Virus record (IMG/VR): IMGVR_UViG_3300031669_000001
Coordinates: 186,001 to 250,000 of that record
Direction: 5' to 3' (one strand)
Length of the DNA stretch: 64,000 nucleotides
Position 1 is the stretch's first letter. Every line of letters starts with the position of its first letter. Shown one piece after another: positions 19,932 to 30,141 of the stretch. The notes under the pieces were generated by a model. The model made no database searches. It worked only from the letters and a program-made list of their open reading frames with translations, and was not told the origin of the DNA. The translations under genes were made by a program, and so were the position numbers.

Positions 19932-20443
19932 AACTTGTAACCCACGCCAGCGGTGAACACATCAGCATCGCCCCTGGCGTAGACCCTCAAGTCATTCCCA
20001 GAGTATAGAGCGTGCCACCAGCTAGCTTCGACATTCCAGTGATTCGTCACAGAATACTTGATAGAAGCTTTAGCCAGTAGGTCAGTTCGATACGTATCTT
20101 TGTAAGAGACTCCGTCAGTAGCAGTCACCGTAGTCGCTGTGAAGTAAGGTCCAATGGCAAAGGAAGTCCTTAACAGTGAGTTGAGAGCAAATTGGGCATC
20201 GATCATCGCGTAGATGCCATCACGCTTGTCAACACCTTGATGTCCTTCATTTAAGTAACCGAAGTCCCAACGGCCAAACTTTGTAGGTGTTTCTTGATAC
20301 ACACCCCAAGCGTTTGACTTTACGTCAGTTATAGAATTGGAAACTGCTCGGCCTCCAAAGACCCATAGAGTGGCAGTGTCAGCGCTTGCCACGGTTGTGA
20401 ACAACAATGATGCAACGAGCATCAACGATTGTAAAAATTTCAT
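19928..20443 (-). CDS. outer-membrane beta-barrel protein
   Basis: Signal peptide (ASA), alternating beta strands, C-terminal GVGYKF beta-signal. Confidence 0.75.
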   Translation of the reverse strand: MKFLQSLMLVASLLFTTVASADTATLWVFGGRAVSNSITDVKSNAWGVYQETPTKFGRWDFGYLNEGHQGVDKRDGIYAMIDAQFALNSLLRTSFAIGPYFTATTVTATDGVSYKDTYRTDLLAKASIKYSVTNHWNVEASWWHALYSGNDLRVYARGDADVFTAGVGYKF

Positions 20444-20485
20444 GTTACTAACTCCCCCGAATCAATTTTGAGGAAAACCCTCGTA

Positions 20486-21043
20486 CTACGCTTTTATCCA
20501 ACCCTTGTCTTCAAGGATTTGAATTATTTTGCCGGCACAATCACGACCAAATTTCATTCTTTGATAGCCTGTAGATCTTTCATCAAGCAGCTTCAAAATT
20601 TTATTGTCAAGCTCGATAGCTTCTTCTTTCGTTTGGCTTCTTCCAGTTGGATCATAAGACCTACCACGATCAATAAAGATGTCCAAGTTATCGTATTGAG
20701 CGTAAGCTTCATATACCACGCCCTTCAACGATTGCATCGGCCACTGTGGAGTGATGTACGCCAAGCTCATCAAGATTGGACTGTCTGTGATGACAAGTTC
20801 AACCTCATCTACAACGTTAGCTAGCCTAAAGTGCTGCTTGCCGAAGATGTATTCTTGCGCGCGAAACAGCTTGTTGCCACGCTTTTCCCAAGTAGCATCC
20901 TTTGCATACTCGAGAATTTCTTCTACTGATTTCTCCTGAAACTTCAGCTCAGCAAACGTTGCTGCTCTGATTGTGCTTTTACCAGCGCCAGGCCCACCGT
21001 ACAGATTGATCACTCTTGGTTTTTGAACGTATAGTCCTGTCAT
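20486..21043 (-). CDS. P-loop nucleotide kinase (NadR/AAA_28-like)
   Basis: GGPGAGKST, EYAKD, ITDSP, GR.Q. Confidence 0.8.
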   Translation of the reverse strand: MTGLYVQKPRVINLYGGPGAGKSTIRAATFAELKFQEKSVEEILEYAKDATWEKRGNKLFRAQEYIFGKQHFRLANVVDEVELVITDSPILMSLAYITPQWPMQSLKGVVYEAYAQYDNLDIFIDRGRSYDPTGRSQTKEEAIELDNKILKLLDERSTGYQRMKFGRDCAGKIIQILEDKGWIKA

Positions 21044-22374
21044 TCTTCTCTCTCATTCCATTTAGTTATTGCATCACCCATAACAAGACCAGTGTTGGAT
21101 CCAATCATGTAAGGTACTGATGGTCCTTGCGCTCCGCATTCACAAGTAACGTACACACGAACGGCAGGTTGACCATCGTAACCTATTCCAGTCGGTTGTT
21201 CACCACAGAACGGGCACAGTTCCAGTTGAGGATCACTCAACGCTTTCTTGACGGTAGCCTTCTTCGTATCATTTACAAAATCTTTGATTTCAGAAGGCTT
21301 CATGCCTTTGACAGCTTCTGTAAAGTCCAACTGTAACAAACGTGACACAGCGTGCTCCAATTGGATCAAAAATTTCTTCGAGCGCTTCATGTGAGTTTGA
21401 GTCATCGAGTTGATGAACTTTGAAACTTCTCTCAGCTTAACGCTCTTAACTTCTTCTCTGAACGAATTGACAACGTTGACGATCGGTTGTAGCAGAGGAT
21501 CTTCTTTGATCTTCAAGTCAGACTCGAACAATTCATTGATGAAGACACAGTTGTAGATCGCCTCGATGAACTTGCATTCACGAACGACATTAGTTGGAAC
21601 CCTAAAGGTTTCCAATTCTTTGTGAGTGAGATTTGTTACGTTCAAGCTCAAGAACATCTTCTGAACTGGAGTTAACGTAGATTCGATGTCATGCTCAAAT
21701 TCACTGAAATCGTGTTGACGATCCTTGACCAGACCACGTAGACGATTTACTTTATGTATCGCACCGATCTTCGACAAGAAATTCAAGCCTATGCTTGAAT
21801 GCTTCTCGGAAAATAATTTTTCCAATTCACCCCAGATGCGATCAGCAGACAGCGCGTCCAGTTCACCAGCGTTCACCAAATTTCTGCACAGCTCAATGGT
21901 GTCAGAGTGAATCAAGAAGCCGTAGCGAGCTGCGAAGCGAGCAACTCTCATGACGCGCAGAGGGTCTTCAGCGAACGCATCGCTGACGTGGCGGATGATA
22001 CCATTCTTCAGGTCTTCCATGCCGTTGAAAGGATCGATGTACTGATTGCCGTGACTCATTGCGATTGAATTTATCGTCAGATCACGACGAGACAGATCCT
22101 CTTCCAATGTAACGTCAGGGCTGAATTCAACTTCAAAGCCATGGTAGCCAGCAGCGACTTTCTTTTCGCGGCGAGCTAAAGCGTATTCTGAACCGTTTTC
22201 AGGGTGAAGGAAGACTGGAAAAGCGGCACCGACCTGCTTGTAACCTCGTTCAAGCATCCACTCAGGACTAGCACCGACTACAACGTAGTCGAAGTCCTTC
22301 GGAATGTTGCCGAGGATCAGGTCTCGAACGGCACCACCAACGAGATAAATTTGAGGATTCATTTCAGTTTTCAT
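21040..22374 (-). CDS. cca: tRNA nucleotidyltransferase (CCA-adding) with C-terminal CPFCG zinc-ribbon
   Basis: VGGAVRD, D.D, EEDL.RRDLTIN, EDPLR..R.ARF. Confidence 0.92.
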   Translation of the reverse strand: MKTEMNPQIYLVGGAVRDLILGNIPKDFDYVVVGASPEWMLERGYKQVGAAFPVFLHPENGSEYALARREKKVAAGYHGFEVEFSPDVTLEEDLSRRDLTINSIAMSHGNQYIDPFNGMEDLKNGIIRHVSDAFAEDPLRVMRVARFAARYGFLIHSDTIELCRNLVNAGELDALSADRIWGELEKLFSEKHSSIGLNFLSKIGAIHKVNRLRGLVKDRQHDFSEFEHDIESTLTPVQKMFLSLNVTNLTHKELETFRVPTNVVRECKFIEAIYNCVFINELFESDLKIKEDPLLQPIVNVVNSFREEVKSVKLREVSKFINSMTQTHMKRSKKFLIQLEHAVSRLLQLDFTEAVKGMKPSEIKDFVNDTKKATVKKALSDPQLELCPFCGEQPTGIGYDGQPAVRVYVTCECGAQGPSVPYMIGSNTGLVMGDAITKWNEREE

Positions 22375-22559
22375 GAGATGAATTATAACACAGTTCTCAC
22401 GAAAAGTATACGCTTATTGACACTTGATGCTCGTATTTGTCTTCGCAGCTTCATAACATGCAATCTTAATTTGGCCTTTTTCATAATCACTAAGTGCCAT
22501 TCCACCAAAAACGGCGATGAAAAAAGCACACATGATAACGACAACAGCAGTATTTGAAT

Positions 22560-23489
22560 TCATCTTGGAGTTCCTGGTAAGTGGTGCCAATTTAACTTCT
22601 CGGCGAGGGTGTTGTAGTAGCTATAAGTTAACTCTTTCATCTTTGGATGGATGAACTCTACCTTGCGATCAGCTCTCGTCACTTCAACGTTTTCACCGGG
22701 TTTAATTTCTAAGAAGAGATTACCATCGACGTAGATTTCAGCATCTCCGCTTACAAGTTCAAACTCAACGTTTGAAGTGTCAGTGATGATGAGTGGACGA
22801 GTAGACAGAGACTGAGCCATGATTGGCAGAATTTCAATCACTCTCGCGGTGGGGTGAATGATAGGGCCACCACCGGACAACGCGTAAGCGGTAGAGCCAG
22901 TTGGAGTTGTTACCATCAGACCATCTCCACGCGCGGTGTAGGCATATTCTCCGTCAACGCTTACCTTAAACTCAATGATTTTACCTGTTGAACGAGAGAT
23001 CACAACATCGTTCAACGCTGCCTTCCAGCCAATGATCCCTGGACGAAGAGGTCCACGTAGCGCTAACATCGTACGCTTCTCTATAGTGTACTCAACCTTT
23101 TCCAGCATCGTGATGATTCTATCTGAATCAAAATCGAAAGGAACATCAGTGATGAAGCCGACTCTTCCTAAGTTAATACCGAGGATTGGAATTCCAGCAT
23201 TACCGTCTGCAAGTGATTTTGCAGCATTCAACATCGTACCATCTCCACCCATCACGATGCAAACATCTGCTTTTTGAACAATTTCTCTCGAAGTTTTGAT
23301 ATGAATGGTCTCTTCGTGGGCCTTGAAAAAGTCTGTCCCGATGATCAGATTTAGCATTGTCTCTTCGTCAAAGATAGGTTCATGATCTCGTTTATAGATA
23401 GTCTCGGCGAAGTTTATCAGCATTCCGCTCAAATTTTTATGTGCAGAATCTGATTGCCCATTCTTTCGGCCTATCAGCGCGATCTTCAT
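22560..23489 (-). CDS. nadK: NAD(+) kinase
   Basis: GGDGT, GINLGRVGF, LND, DGL..TPTGSTAY.LS.GGP. Confidence 0.93.
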   Translation of the reverse strand: MKIALIGRKNGQSDSAHKNLSGMLINFAETIYKRDHEPIFDEETMLNLIIGTDFFKAHEETIHIKTSREIVQKADVCIVMGGDGTMLNAAKSLADGNAGIPILGINLGRVGFITDVPFDFDSDRIITMLEKVEYTIEKRTMLALRGPLRPGIIGWKAALNDVVISRSTGKIIEFKVSVDGEYAYTARGDGLMVTTPTGSTAYALSGGGPIIHPTARVIEILPIMAQSLSTRPLIITDTSNVEFELVSGDAEIYVDGNLFLEIKPGENVEVTRADRKVEFIHPKMKELTYSYYNTLAEKLNWHHLPGTPR

Positions 23490-23637
23490 TGGTTTCCTGC
23501 CTCAATGACAAAATCTAACACCGAATCGCCGGCATCTTCTTCGCCGGCGATTTGACAGCATATACAGATGATCGCAGCAAAAGGCAACGCGATCAATCTA
23601 AATGGCATCAACACGATTCTAACTGGTAAAGGTAATT

Positions 23638-24138
23638 TCATAACTTTTTCACTCCATCAAGGTCAACGCCGTTACGAATCAACTTTCGAAGCTTCATGAG
23701 ACGACTACAAAATTCATTTTGAGTAAGAACAGTTTCCATCTCACTTGAACGACCAATGTGATGCGTCAAGATCAAATCCTTGGTGTCCAGCAAAGCTTGT
23801 CTGTACTTTTCATTTGCTTTAGCAAGTTCGATGTAAGCTCTGTCCAATAGTCGTTGATACTCGACAGATTTTCTTGGGAAGAATTCACCTTTCCACCAAA
23901 GACCGAGCTTCAACTTCCAGTTATTATTGCGCTCTTTACCGCGCTGTTTAGCTTTGATTCCAGTGAGCTTACAAACTTCAACTTGAATGTGTTCCTTGTC
24001 AAATTTCAGCGCTTGCAGAAAGCCTTCCATTGAAGCGCATTCTACATCATCAAGGATAAACTTGAAAGATGTAAAGTTGCTCAAGTCCCCCGCTGGGTAG
24101 CTGCTCTTTGATCCTACGTCAAGCATGTTAACTGCCAT
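23638..24138 (-). CDS. T4 gp30.3-like (NADAR superfamily) protein
   Basis: LSNF, SMEGFLQ.LK, LL.T....LTH, TVLT..EF. Confidence 0.75.
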   Translation of the reverse strand: MAVNMLDVGSKSSYPAGDLSNFTSFKFILDDVECASMEGFLQALKFDKEHIQVEVCKLTGIKAKQRGKERNNNWKLKLGLWWKGEFFPRKSVEYQRLLDRAYIELAKANEKYRQALLDTKDLILTHHIGRSSEMETVLTQNEFCSRLMKLRKLIRNGVDLDGVKKL

Positions 24139-24616
24139 TTTTTACCTTTTCAAAGAGTTCTACCAACTCTATCCAATTCTCAACGTAATTATCATTGATC
24201 TTCTCTCCGCCAAACTTAATGACTGTTCCTGCAAAGTTATGCGCGTTCGCCCATTCAGGGTGATCATCAAGCAAAAAGTCTCGCTCCGTTCCAACGCAAC
24301 CCTTATCAGGGCTGATGATGATGTAATCTTTCATTCTTGGAAGATGTTCGTATAGCCAGAAGATCTTCTCAGATGCAGAGTATGGATTCTCAGAAGGAAT
24401 CTTTGTGAGCATCATGACGAAGATTCCCATGTCCAGCAACTTGTTTATTCCATCAATCGCGCCTGGAATAGGTTTCATGTTGCGGTATGCGCCGGGAATT
24501 ACTTTCAACTCCTTAGCCGTCAACATGAATTCACTCATTGAGCGTTCAAAGTCAACTGCGACCCCATCCATGTCAACGTAAATTCTTGGAACATCTGGGT
24601 AATCTCTAACGCTCAT
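24128..24616 (-). CDS. 5'(3')-deoxyribonucleotidase (HAD)
   Basis: YVDMDGV..DF, K..W, LLDD. Confidence 0.85.
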   Translation of the reverse strand: MSVRDYPDVPRIYVDMDGVAVDFERSMSEFMLTAKELKVIPGAYRNMKPIPGAIDGINKLLDMGIFVMMLTKIPSENPYSASEKIFWLYEHLPRMKDYIIISPDKGCVGTERDFLLDDHPEWANAHNFAGTVIKFGGEKINDNYVENWIELVELFEKVKNGS

Positions 24617-25065
24617 AGCACTTCCTTTGTATATTTGTCAAGAGCTCGTTTGAGTTCTGCCTTCTTTTCTGGAGACCAAGGTACGTGCATTCCAGGGAAT
24701 GGCGCGCATATTTTTAAGTGATGCTTGATAGGCTCTGGCTCCAGAGTGGTCGCATTGATTATAGCTTCAATCTTTGGATCGAGCTTCTGCGTTCCGTCCT
24801 TGAAGAGTCTCTCAATATCTTCATCGCTATTGATCTCGTAAGTTTTTATAGCTCCAGATTCTACTCCCTCAAACAACTTAACAAACTCGTCAGCCGTTAT
24901 GTCGAGAGCAGCTTCTTTTTCTGGTCCAGCTGGAATAGCGTCTATCTTTGACAGATGATCTTCGTTCCAGGTGATGTGGACATCCTTGATGCCACGCAGG
25001 GCTAACCTGTGGTACAGATCAACCCTGAGTTCTACAAATCCAAATAGTGGTGGAAAATTTAACAT
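24613..25065 (-). CDS. hypothetical protein
   Basis: 150 aa ORF. Confidence 0.6.
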   Translation of the reverse strand: MLNFPPLFGFVELRVDLYHRLALRGIKDVHITWNEDHLSKIDAIPAGPEKEAALDITADEFVKLFEGVESGAIKTYEINSDEDIERLFKDGTQKLDPKIEAIINATTLEPEPIKHHLKICAPFPGMHVPWSPEKKAELKRALDKYTKEVL

Positions 25066-25105
25066 GGAGACATTTTAACACAGTCAGGTCAAAATGTAAA
25101 CAGAA

Positions 25106-25756
25106 TTATGCGATCTTGCAAACTTCATTGTAGAATTTGAGGTCAAGCTCATTAAGAGCGTTGAGTTTTTCGAAAATTGCTGGAGAAACAACCCCTATCT
25201 GAGTATCATTTACCACAGGAATAGAAGATTGAATTGGAATGTTTACGAGCTTAGCTATCTTTTCCAAGAATTCTGGAAACTCTGCGTATATTCCGATGAT
25301 GGTGTATTGCTTGATGAAGGTGAGAGCGTCTTCCAAGATCTTGTCTTCTTCAGTTGCGTCACTCGTGCAAAAGTGTTTAACTTGTGCGTTAGTTATTGAA
25401 TCTAAAAAGTCTTGGTTGCTTTCTTCACCATCGCTGTTGAAGAATAAATTTGCACCTTCTTTGAGAGCTTTCACGTTTGGAAACATGGGTGGAATGCCAC
25501 CCATAGTGTAAAACATCCAAGATATTGCTCGGTCTACAGGTTCTCTGATACACGTAATGTACTGATAATCAGGATTTAACTTTTCACCTAGAGAAAAATC
25601 GATGTGAGCACAGATAATCTCATCAGAATGCTGTAGCAATTCAGAATGAGATTTTAGTAGATGATTGTCAGACACTTTGTCCTTCAATTCACCTGCCAAC
25701 CAATTATTGAGAGCTTGTCCAGCTGTCTTGGGAATATGATCAATGATTATTTTCAT
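25106..25756 (-). CDS. sulfotransferase family protein
   Basis: HIPKTAG (5'-PSB loop) and REP.DR..S (3'-PB). Confidence 0.85.
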   Translation of the reverse strand: MKIIIDHIPKTAGQALNNWLAGELKDKVSDNHLLKSHSELLQHSDEIICAHIDFSLGEKLNPDYQYITCIREPVDRAISWMFYTMGGIPPMFPNVKALKEGANLFFNSDGEESNQDFLDSITNAQVKHFCTSDATEEDKILEDALTFIKQYTIIGIYAEFPEFLEKIAKLVNIPIQSSIPVVNDTQIGVVSPAIFEKLNALNELDLKFYNEVCKIA

Positions 25757-25982
25757 TCTGAAGCTTCAGCCCTCTTGGTAGATGAGCGCTTTTTGTAGTT
25801 CAGGAAAGACTGATAAGCTTCAAACATGGAGATTCTGCACGCCCTCGTTTGATTCATTGTTGCAATCTTGAGCCACTTAGGGCATTTGAAGTGTTTATCT
25901 AACTTTGACATACTATTCCTTTATGTGATGGTTGATACTGAGTGAGCTTCAGGTTAACTGTTTGTCATTGCAAATATGTATC

Positions 25983-26234
25983 TTAGTCTGCTGCTGTGAT
26001 GAATGCACCAGCGATTGCAGTACATACCCAAAATGTTACAGCGCCTGTGAATCCTGCGAACATCATCTTGAGAACTCCAAAGCCTACGTCAGATACGACT
26101 GTGACTGGAGCCTTGATAGCGTTGATGATTTCTATTAGACCTCCAACGAACATCAACCAAAATCCTACGTAAATTCCAAGGCCAATGCCTGCTAGGAAAA
26201 GTAAAATTCCAATGACGAATAGTATAAGTTTCAT
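25983..26234 (-). CDS. membrane protein
   Basis: Two hydrophobic helices; start MKLIL with SD. Confidence 0.6.
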   Translation of the reverse strand: MKLILFVIGILLFLAGIGLGIYVGFWLMFVGGLIEIINAIKAPVTVVSDVGFGVLKMMFAGFTGAVTFWVCTAIAGAFITAAD

Positions 26235-26377
26235 TTTTAACTCCTTATGGGTGCTGAAAATTGCTTCTCTAGCGTACAACGTTCCTTACAGACCGGACAT
26301 ATTTTGGGTGGTACTTTGGTTCTCTTTTCAATAATTGCTTTACAGCACAGACATTTGAAAGAATAAACCACCATAGG

Positions 26378-26818
26378 TCAGGCCATATCGATAGCTGCGA
26401 TTATAGTGCGTTCAAGATCATGGAAGACAGGTACAGAGTATCTGTCAGCGAGCGCGTGTAGATACTTCATCTTTGGGGCATCTTTTGGATACCCTAATAC
26501 AACTCTTCCATCCTTTACGTAATGTCCAAACTCAATGTTTGTTGTCATCGCTGGCATCTTGTTGAGTTCACGAGGAACCCAAAAGACGATAGCAGTTGAC
26601 ACCTCAAGAGCCAACCACTCCCAGTTTACTTGAGCGTCGTATTCATAGCCGTCAGTGTAAACTCTATTTTCAGGAACGTAAACTGTGCCTTCAAAGTCAT
26701 GAAGCTCTAAAATTTTAAGAGCCTCGGGTCTCCATGATTCTGTTTTTGGGTCACGTGGTGTAGGACCTGCTAAGAAGATAGCAGGTGTGATTGACTCGCG
26801 AGCGTAAATGACATTCAT
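26378..26818 (-). CDS. nucleoside 2-deoxyribosyltransferase-like protein
   Basis: IFLAGP, W...A, Q..WE, FW.PR, T..EFG. Confidence 0.8.
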   Translation of the reverse strand: MNVIYARESITPAIFLAGPTPRDPKTESWRPEALKILELHDFEGTVYVPENRVYTDGYEYDAQVNWEWLALEVSTAIVFWVPRELNKMPAMTTNIEFGHYVKDGRVVLGYPKDAPKMKYLHALADRYSVPVFHDLERTIIAAIDMA

Positions 26819-26952
26819 GGTACACCTAGGCAGTTTTGAGCTACCGTCTTCCAATTGGGCTTACAAAATTATGCCAATTGAACGCTTTGACATTAAGCTA
26901 TAGGTGATTAGGTTTCCATTATATTACATCACTTTTAGAAAGTACAATTATT

Positions 26953-27630
26953 TTACATCCACATCTGTTCAAGCTTACCCTGACGAACATCTCTCAGACG
27001 CATCTTGACTTCACTGCGGTGATCTGTAACTTGATCGTCACGTTCTCTGTAAGTTCTAACCTTATCTCCACGCATTCCAGAGCCTCGATCTTCCTTACGC
27101 TTCTTGTCGAGAGCTTCATACTTTTGAGCGTCGTAGAATCTCTTCACTCGAGTTTCAAGCATCTCGCGCGCTGTCTTCTTGTTGTTGTACTGGCTTTTTG
27201 TAGAAGCTTTAGCCTCTATCCCAGTTGGAAGGTGACGCATGATCACGCAACTTTCAGTCTTGTTGCGGTGTTGACCACCTGGACCAGTATCTTTCGTTGT
27301 GAACATCAAGATGTCTTTCTCGTTGAGACTCCATTCACTTTCTTCAGGCACAACCATGGCCACTACTGTTACCGTTGAAGTGTGAACTCTACCTTTTCGT
27401 TCTGTTGGAGGGATTCTTTGCCACCGATGACCACCGCTTTCTTGCAGTAGCCTATTGACGAGATTGTCCGGCCCGTCGACCGTTAGATTGATTCAACCGT
27501 GCTCGGTTTCAACCTCAACGCCAGCACGAACGCGCTCGGCGAACTTACAATAGATCGCAGCTTGATCGCTGACGAGCAACTTTGCATCTTCTCCACCTTC
27601 ACCAGGTCGGATTTCCAATAACACTTTCAC
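26953..27630 (-). CDS. RF1-type peptide chain release factor lacking domain 1, with in-frame TGA at codon 46 (27493-27495)
   Basis: SD AAGGAG + GTG start; LEIRPGEGGEDA...EHG*...ESGGHRWQRIPPTERKGRVHTST...GPGGQHRNKTES...RGDKVRTY all in one frame. Confidence 0.88.
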
Positions 27631-27733
27631 TTTACTCTCCTTTTATTTCGATTAACCTTCACTGTAATGGCAATGCAAATTATCGTGCCAATTACGCACA
27701 AAACAGATAACACGTTGAATATGTCTGCAATCA

Positions 27734-27976
27734 TCAATAATTCTTCCTACCTCTGTTTTGATCTTGCCATGAACCTACCTGTGCATAGGTACATGAGCCT
27801 TTCGTTCCATCAGGATTCTCAAATTCAAGCTTCTGATTCTTCCTGTCATGATACGAAACTTTTCTGGCTGCAGTTTCACCAGGTTTAAGGGTTAAACCTT
27901 CAGGCCAAATCCAATCTCCAGCCTGAATGTTGCGGGCTTGGTTGGGATCCATCTCAAATAGTTGCTTTAGTTTCAT
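27734..27976 (-). CDS. hypothetical protein (MKLKQLFE N-terminus)
   Basis: Late promoter CATAAATA immediately upstream. Confidence 0.65.
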   Translation of the reverse strand: MKLKQLFEMDPNQARNIQAGDWIWPEGLTLKPGETAARKVSYHDRKNQKLEFENPDGTKGSCTYAQVGSWQDQNRGRKNY

Positions 27977-27984
27977 GCAACTAT

Positions 27985-28200
27985 TTATGTGACTGGATCC
28001 TTATCTGCTCTGAAGAGCGCGCACAAACAGCAGTGAAAGTCTTCGCAATATTCATGAGGGTCTGATTCTTCTTGGTTCAAGTTACAGTAACCGTCACCTG
28101 TATATCGTCCTTGATCGTCTCCATTGAAGGAGTAGTGCTTGCAAAAATCACAGCATGCACCACTAGCACCGTCTTCCACACAACCATTACAAAATATCAT
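27985..28200 (-). CDS. Cys-rich small protein
   Basis: Multiple CxxC motifs. Confidence 0.6.
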   Translation of the reverse strand: MIFCNGCVEDGASGACCDFCKHYSFNGDDQGRYTGDGYCNLNQEESDPHEYCEDFHCCLCALFRADKDPVT

Positions 28201-28317
28201 TTACGTTCCTTTAGTCGAACAACTTGAGATGACGAACGATTAGGTAGGTGCCCAATCCAGCGCAGAGCAAGACGACGGGATTTGTCGCCGCTATAGCACA
28301 AGCGTGCCAAAAGCTTA

Positions 28318-29073
28318 TCATACGATGAATAACTCCTTCGTTTTAAATGTACCAGCGTCTTTAACGTGAGGCCAATGGTTGATAACGTCCTGTATCAAAT
28401 TGAGAGCTCCGAGAAAATCGGCGTTCAAAGATTGCAGACCAGAGTTGTAGCAATTCGGGTCACCTTCTTCGGCGATGAAGGTGACATCTTCTTCTTTATT
28501 TGCAAACGTAAACATAATCCTGCCGCACATCGTGTAGGTGCGAAGAGTTGTAGGACCAAATTCTCCACTCATTCCACGTTGGTCAACGGCCGTGATCATG
28601 TCAAACATTCCTTGACGATACACTTGCCGTAAAAATTTATCAAAAGTTTGCTGTAGCACGATGCCTTGTGCGTTGCAATACGATTCAACCTGGTTGGAGA
28701 TGTATTTGTCATCTTCGAGAACGTCGGCGAGTAAAAATCCAATAGTCGTCTGCACAGCAGACTGGCGCTGGAACATGTTGCTCTCGCCAATATCAAGAAC
28801 ATTTGGAACAGAATGTTCAGTTTCCTTCTCGTACATCTTACGAAATTCTAACGTCTTATCACAAGTACCAGTTCGCAGCTCTTCGAAAGCGTCTACGCAA
28901 ATGTCATGAAGGAATGGTTCTATACGCCAGAAGTCATACTCGTCATCTTCAGGAATGCTTAAGTTTTCTAGATAATGCGCCAAGAACGCGGTAAATGTTC
29001 GCTGACCCTTCCAACGAAAGTCAAAGTTAGCGTGATGTACCTTGAGCTTTGAGATTAGTTCATTCTTGTGCAT
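28318..29073 (-). CDS. hypothetical protein
   Basis: 251 aa ORF. Confidence 0.7.
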   Translation of the reverse strand: MHKNELISKLKVHHANFDFRWKGQRTFTAFLAHYLENLSIPEDDEYDFWRIEPFLHDICVDAFEELRTGTCDKTLEFRKMYEKETEHSVPNVLDIGESNMFQRQSAVQTTIGFLLADVLEDDKYISNQVESYCNAQGIVLQQTFDKFLRQVYRQGMFDMITAVDQRGMSGEFGPTTLRTYTMCGRIMFTFANKEEDVTFIAEEGDPNCYNSGLQSLNADFLGALNLIQDVINHWPHVKDAGTFKTKELFIV

Positions 29074-29076
29074 TGT

Positions 29077-29460
29077 TTACACCGTTGCAGGTGCTTTTGC
29101 GAACCATTCTTTCGCATCTTCTGTTTCGCAGCGGAATTGTTTGCCAGGACGTTTTGGGTCTGTGAAGACGAAATTTGCACGGTGGCAACGTGGGAGATAA
29201 CCAACCAACTTGCGGCCGCGAGTACCTTCAGTTTGCAGGTTGTACAAGTTCATGTAGAACTTGAGTTGCTTGTCTTCACGAGATTCTGCACCTTCGATCT
29301 TCGCGGTAAGCTTTGTGTGAAACTCACCAGAGGAAAAGCTGATGTTACCAATTTCGAAGTTGATACCAACTTTGTCTCCGTACGCTTTCATTGCAGCATT
29401 GAGACCGGCGCGAATTGCTTTAAAATCAGTGTCTTTGGTGAAAGTTGTGATTTTAGCCAT
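29077..29460 (-). CDS. early hypothetical protein
   Basis: Directly after an early promoter, with SD. Confidence 0.7.
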   Translation of the reverse strand: MAKITTFTKDTDFKAIRAGLNAAMKAYGDKVGINFEIGNISFSSGEFHTKLTAKIEGAESREDKQLKFYMNLYNLQTEGTRGRKLVGYLPRCHRANFVFTDPKRPGKQFRCETEDAKEWFAKAPATV

Positions 29461-29678
29461 GATTACCTCTTAGTTGATTGATGATAGAGTAATTATATCA
29501 CAGCCAACTAAAAAGTACACAGTTATTTTAGGGGATTGATGAGAAAACTGCAAATTGTTCAGCTTGACCCTTACATTGCTTCAACTTTAAAACGGCCGGG
29601 GAATCTGGGTTCTGACGAATGTATTCTGTCATCGCTAGAACGAGTTCATACTGATTGAGTCTTTCGGTAGGTTCTTTC

Positions 29679-29911
29679 TTAGTTTGCTGATTCATTTTGT
29701 TCCTTTGATTTATTGATCACTTCGAGATGCTTGCGGATGTAACGCATGAACATCATGGCTTTGTCCTCTGGTAGGAAAGTAGCAGTTCCTGTATCAGCGA
29801 TGGGGACTGGGAATCAAAGCCACATTCTGTAGCGTACCACAGTTCACTCTGTCTGAAGTAAATGAAGCGAACTACCTTACCACCAGATACCATATCTTTG
29901 ATGCTGTTCAT
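29679..29911 (-). pseudogene. small phage gene with a 1-nt frameshift near 29813
   Basis: MNSIKDMV...ELWYATECGF continues in a shifted frame as FPVPIADTGTATFLPEDKAMMFMRYIRKHL. Confidence 0.6.
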
Positions 29912-30141
29912 TGCTTGACGCCATTCGGGCAATACATTTCATTTGCTACAACGACTACAGGAGGCGCTATCAACTCAAAGAACAATATCCCAACAACGAG
30001 GTTGAGCGCGCTGATCTTGTAAGTCAATTTAGGGTTTTGAGTTTCACCAACGCCGACGCAAGGGCCAAACTGTGTGCTATTTTCACAGCCTGATAGGAGC
30101 AGCGTTAATGCACAGACGGTGATTATGAACATTCTTTTCAT
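29908..30141 (-). CDS. lipoprotein
   Basis: Lipobox LLSGC. Confidence 0.7.
   Translation of the reverse strand: MKRMFIITVCALTLLLSGCENSTQFGPCVGVGETQNPKLTYKISALNLVVGILFFELIAPPVVVVANEMYCPNGVKQ

Noticed and set aside
27469-27495. Selenocysteine insertion (SECIS) in the RF gene
   Set aside because: A hairpin lies at a similar distance, but its loop lacks the GU and bulged U of enterobacterial SECIS, and no tRNA-Sec is seen. It is kept only as a possible readthrough stimulator.
26953-27630. Calling the release factor PrfH or ArfB
   Set aside because: It has an RF1-type PxT...RVHTS decoding loop and domain 2, unlike either family.
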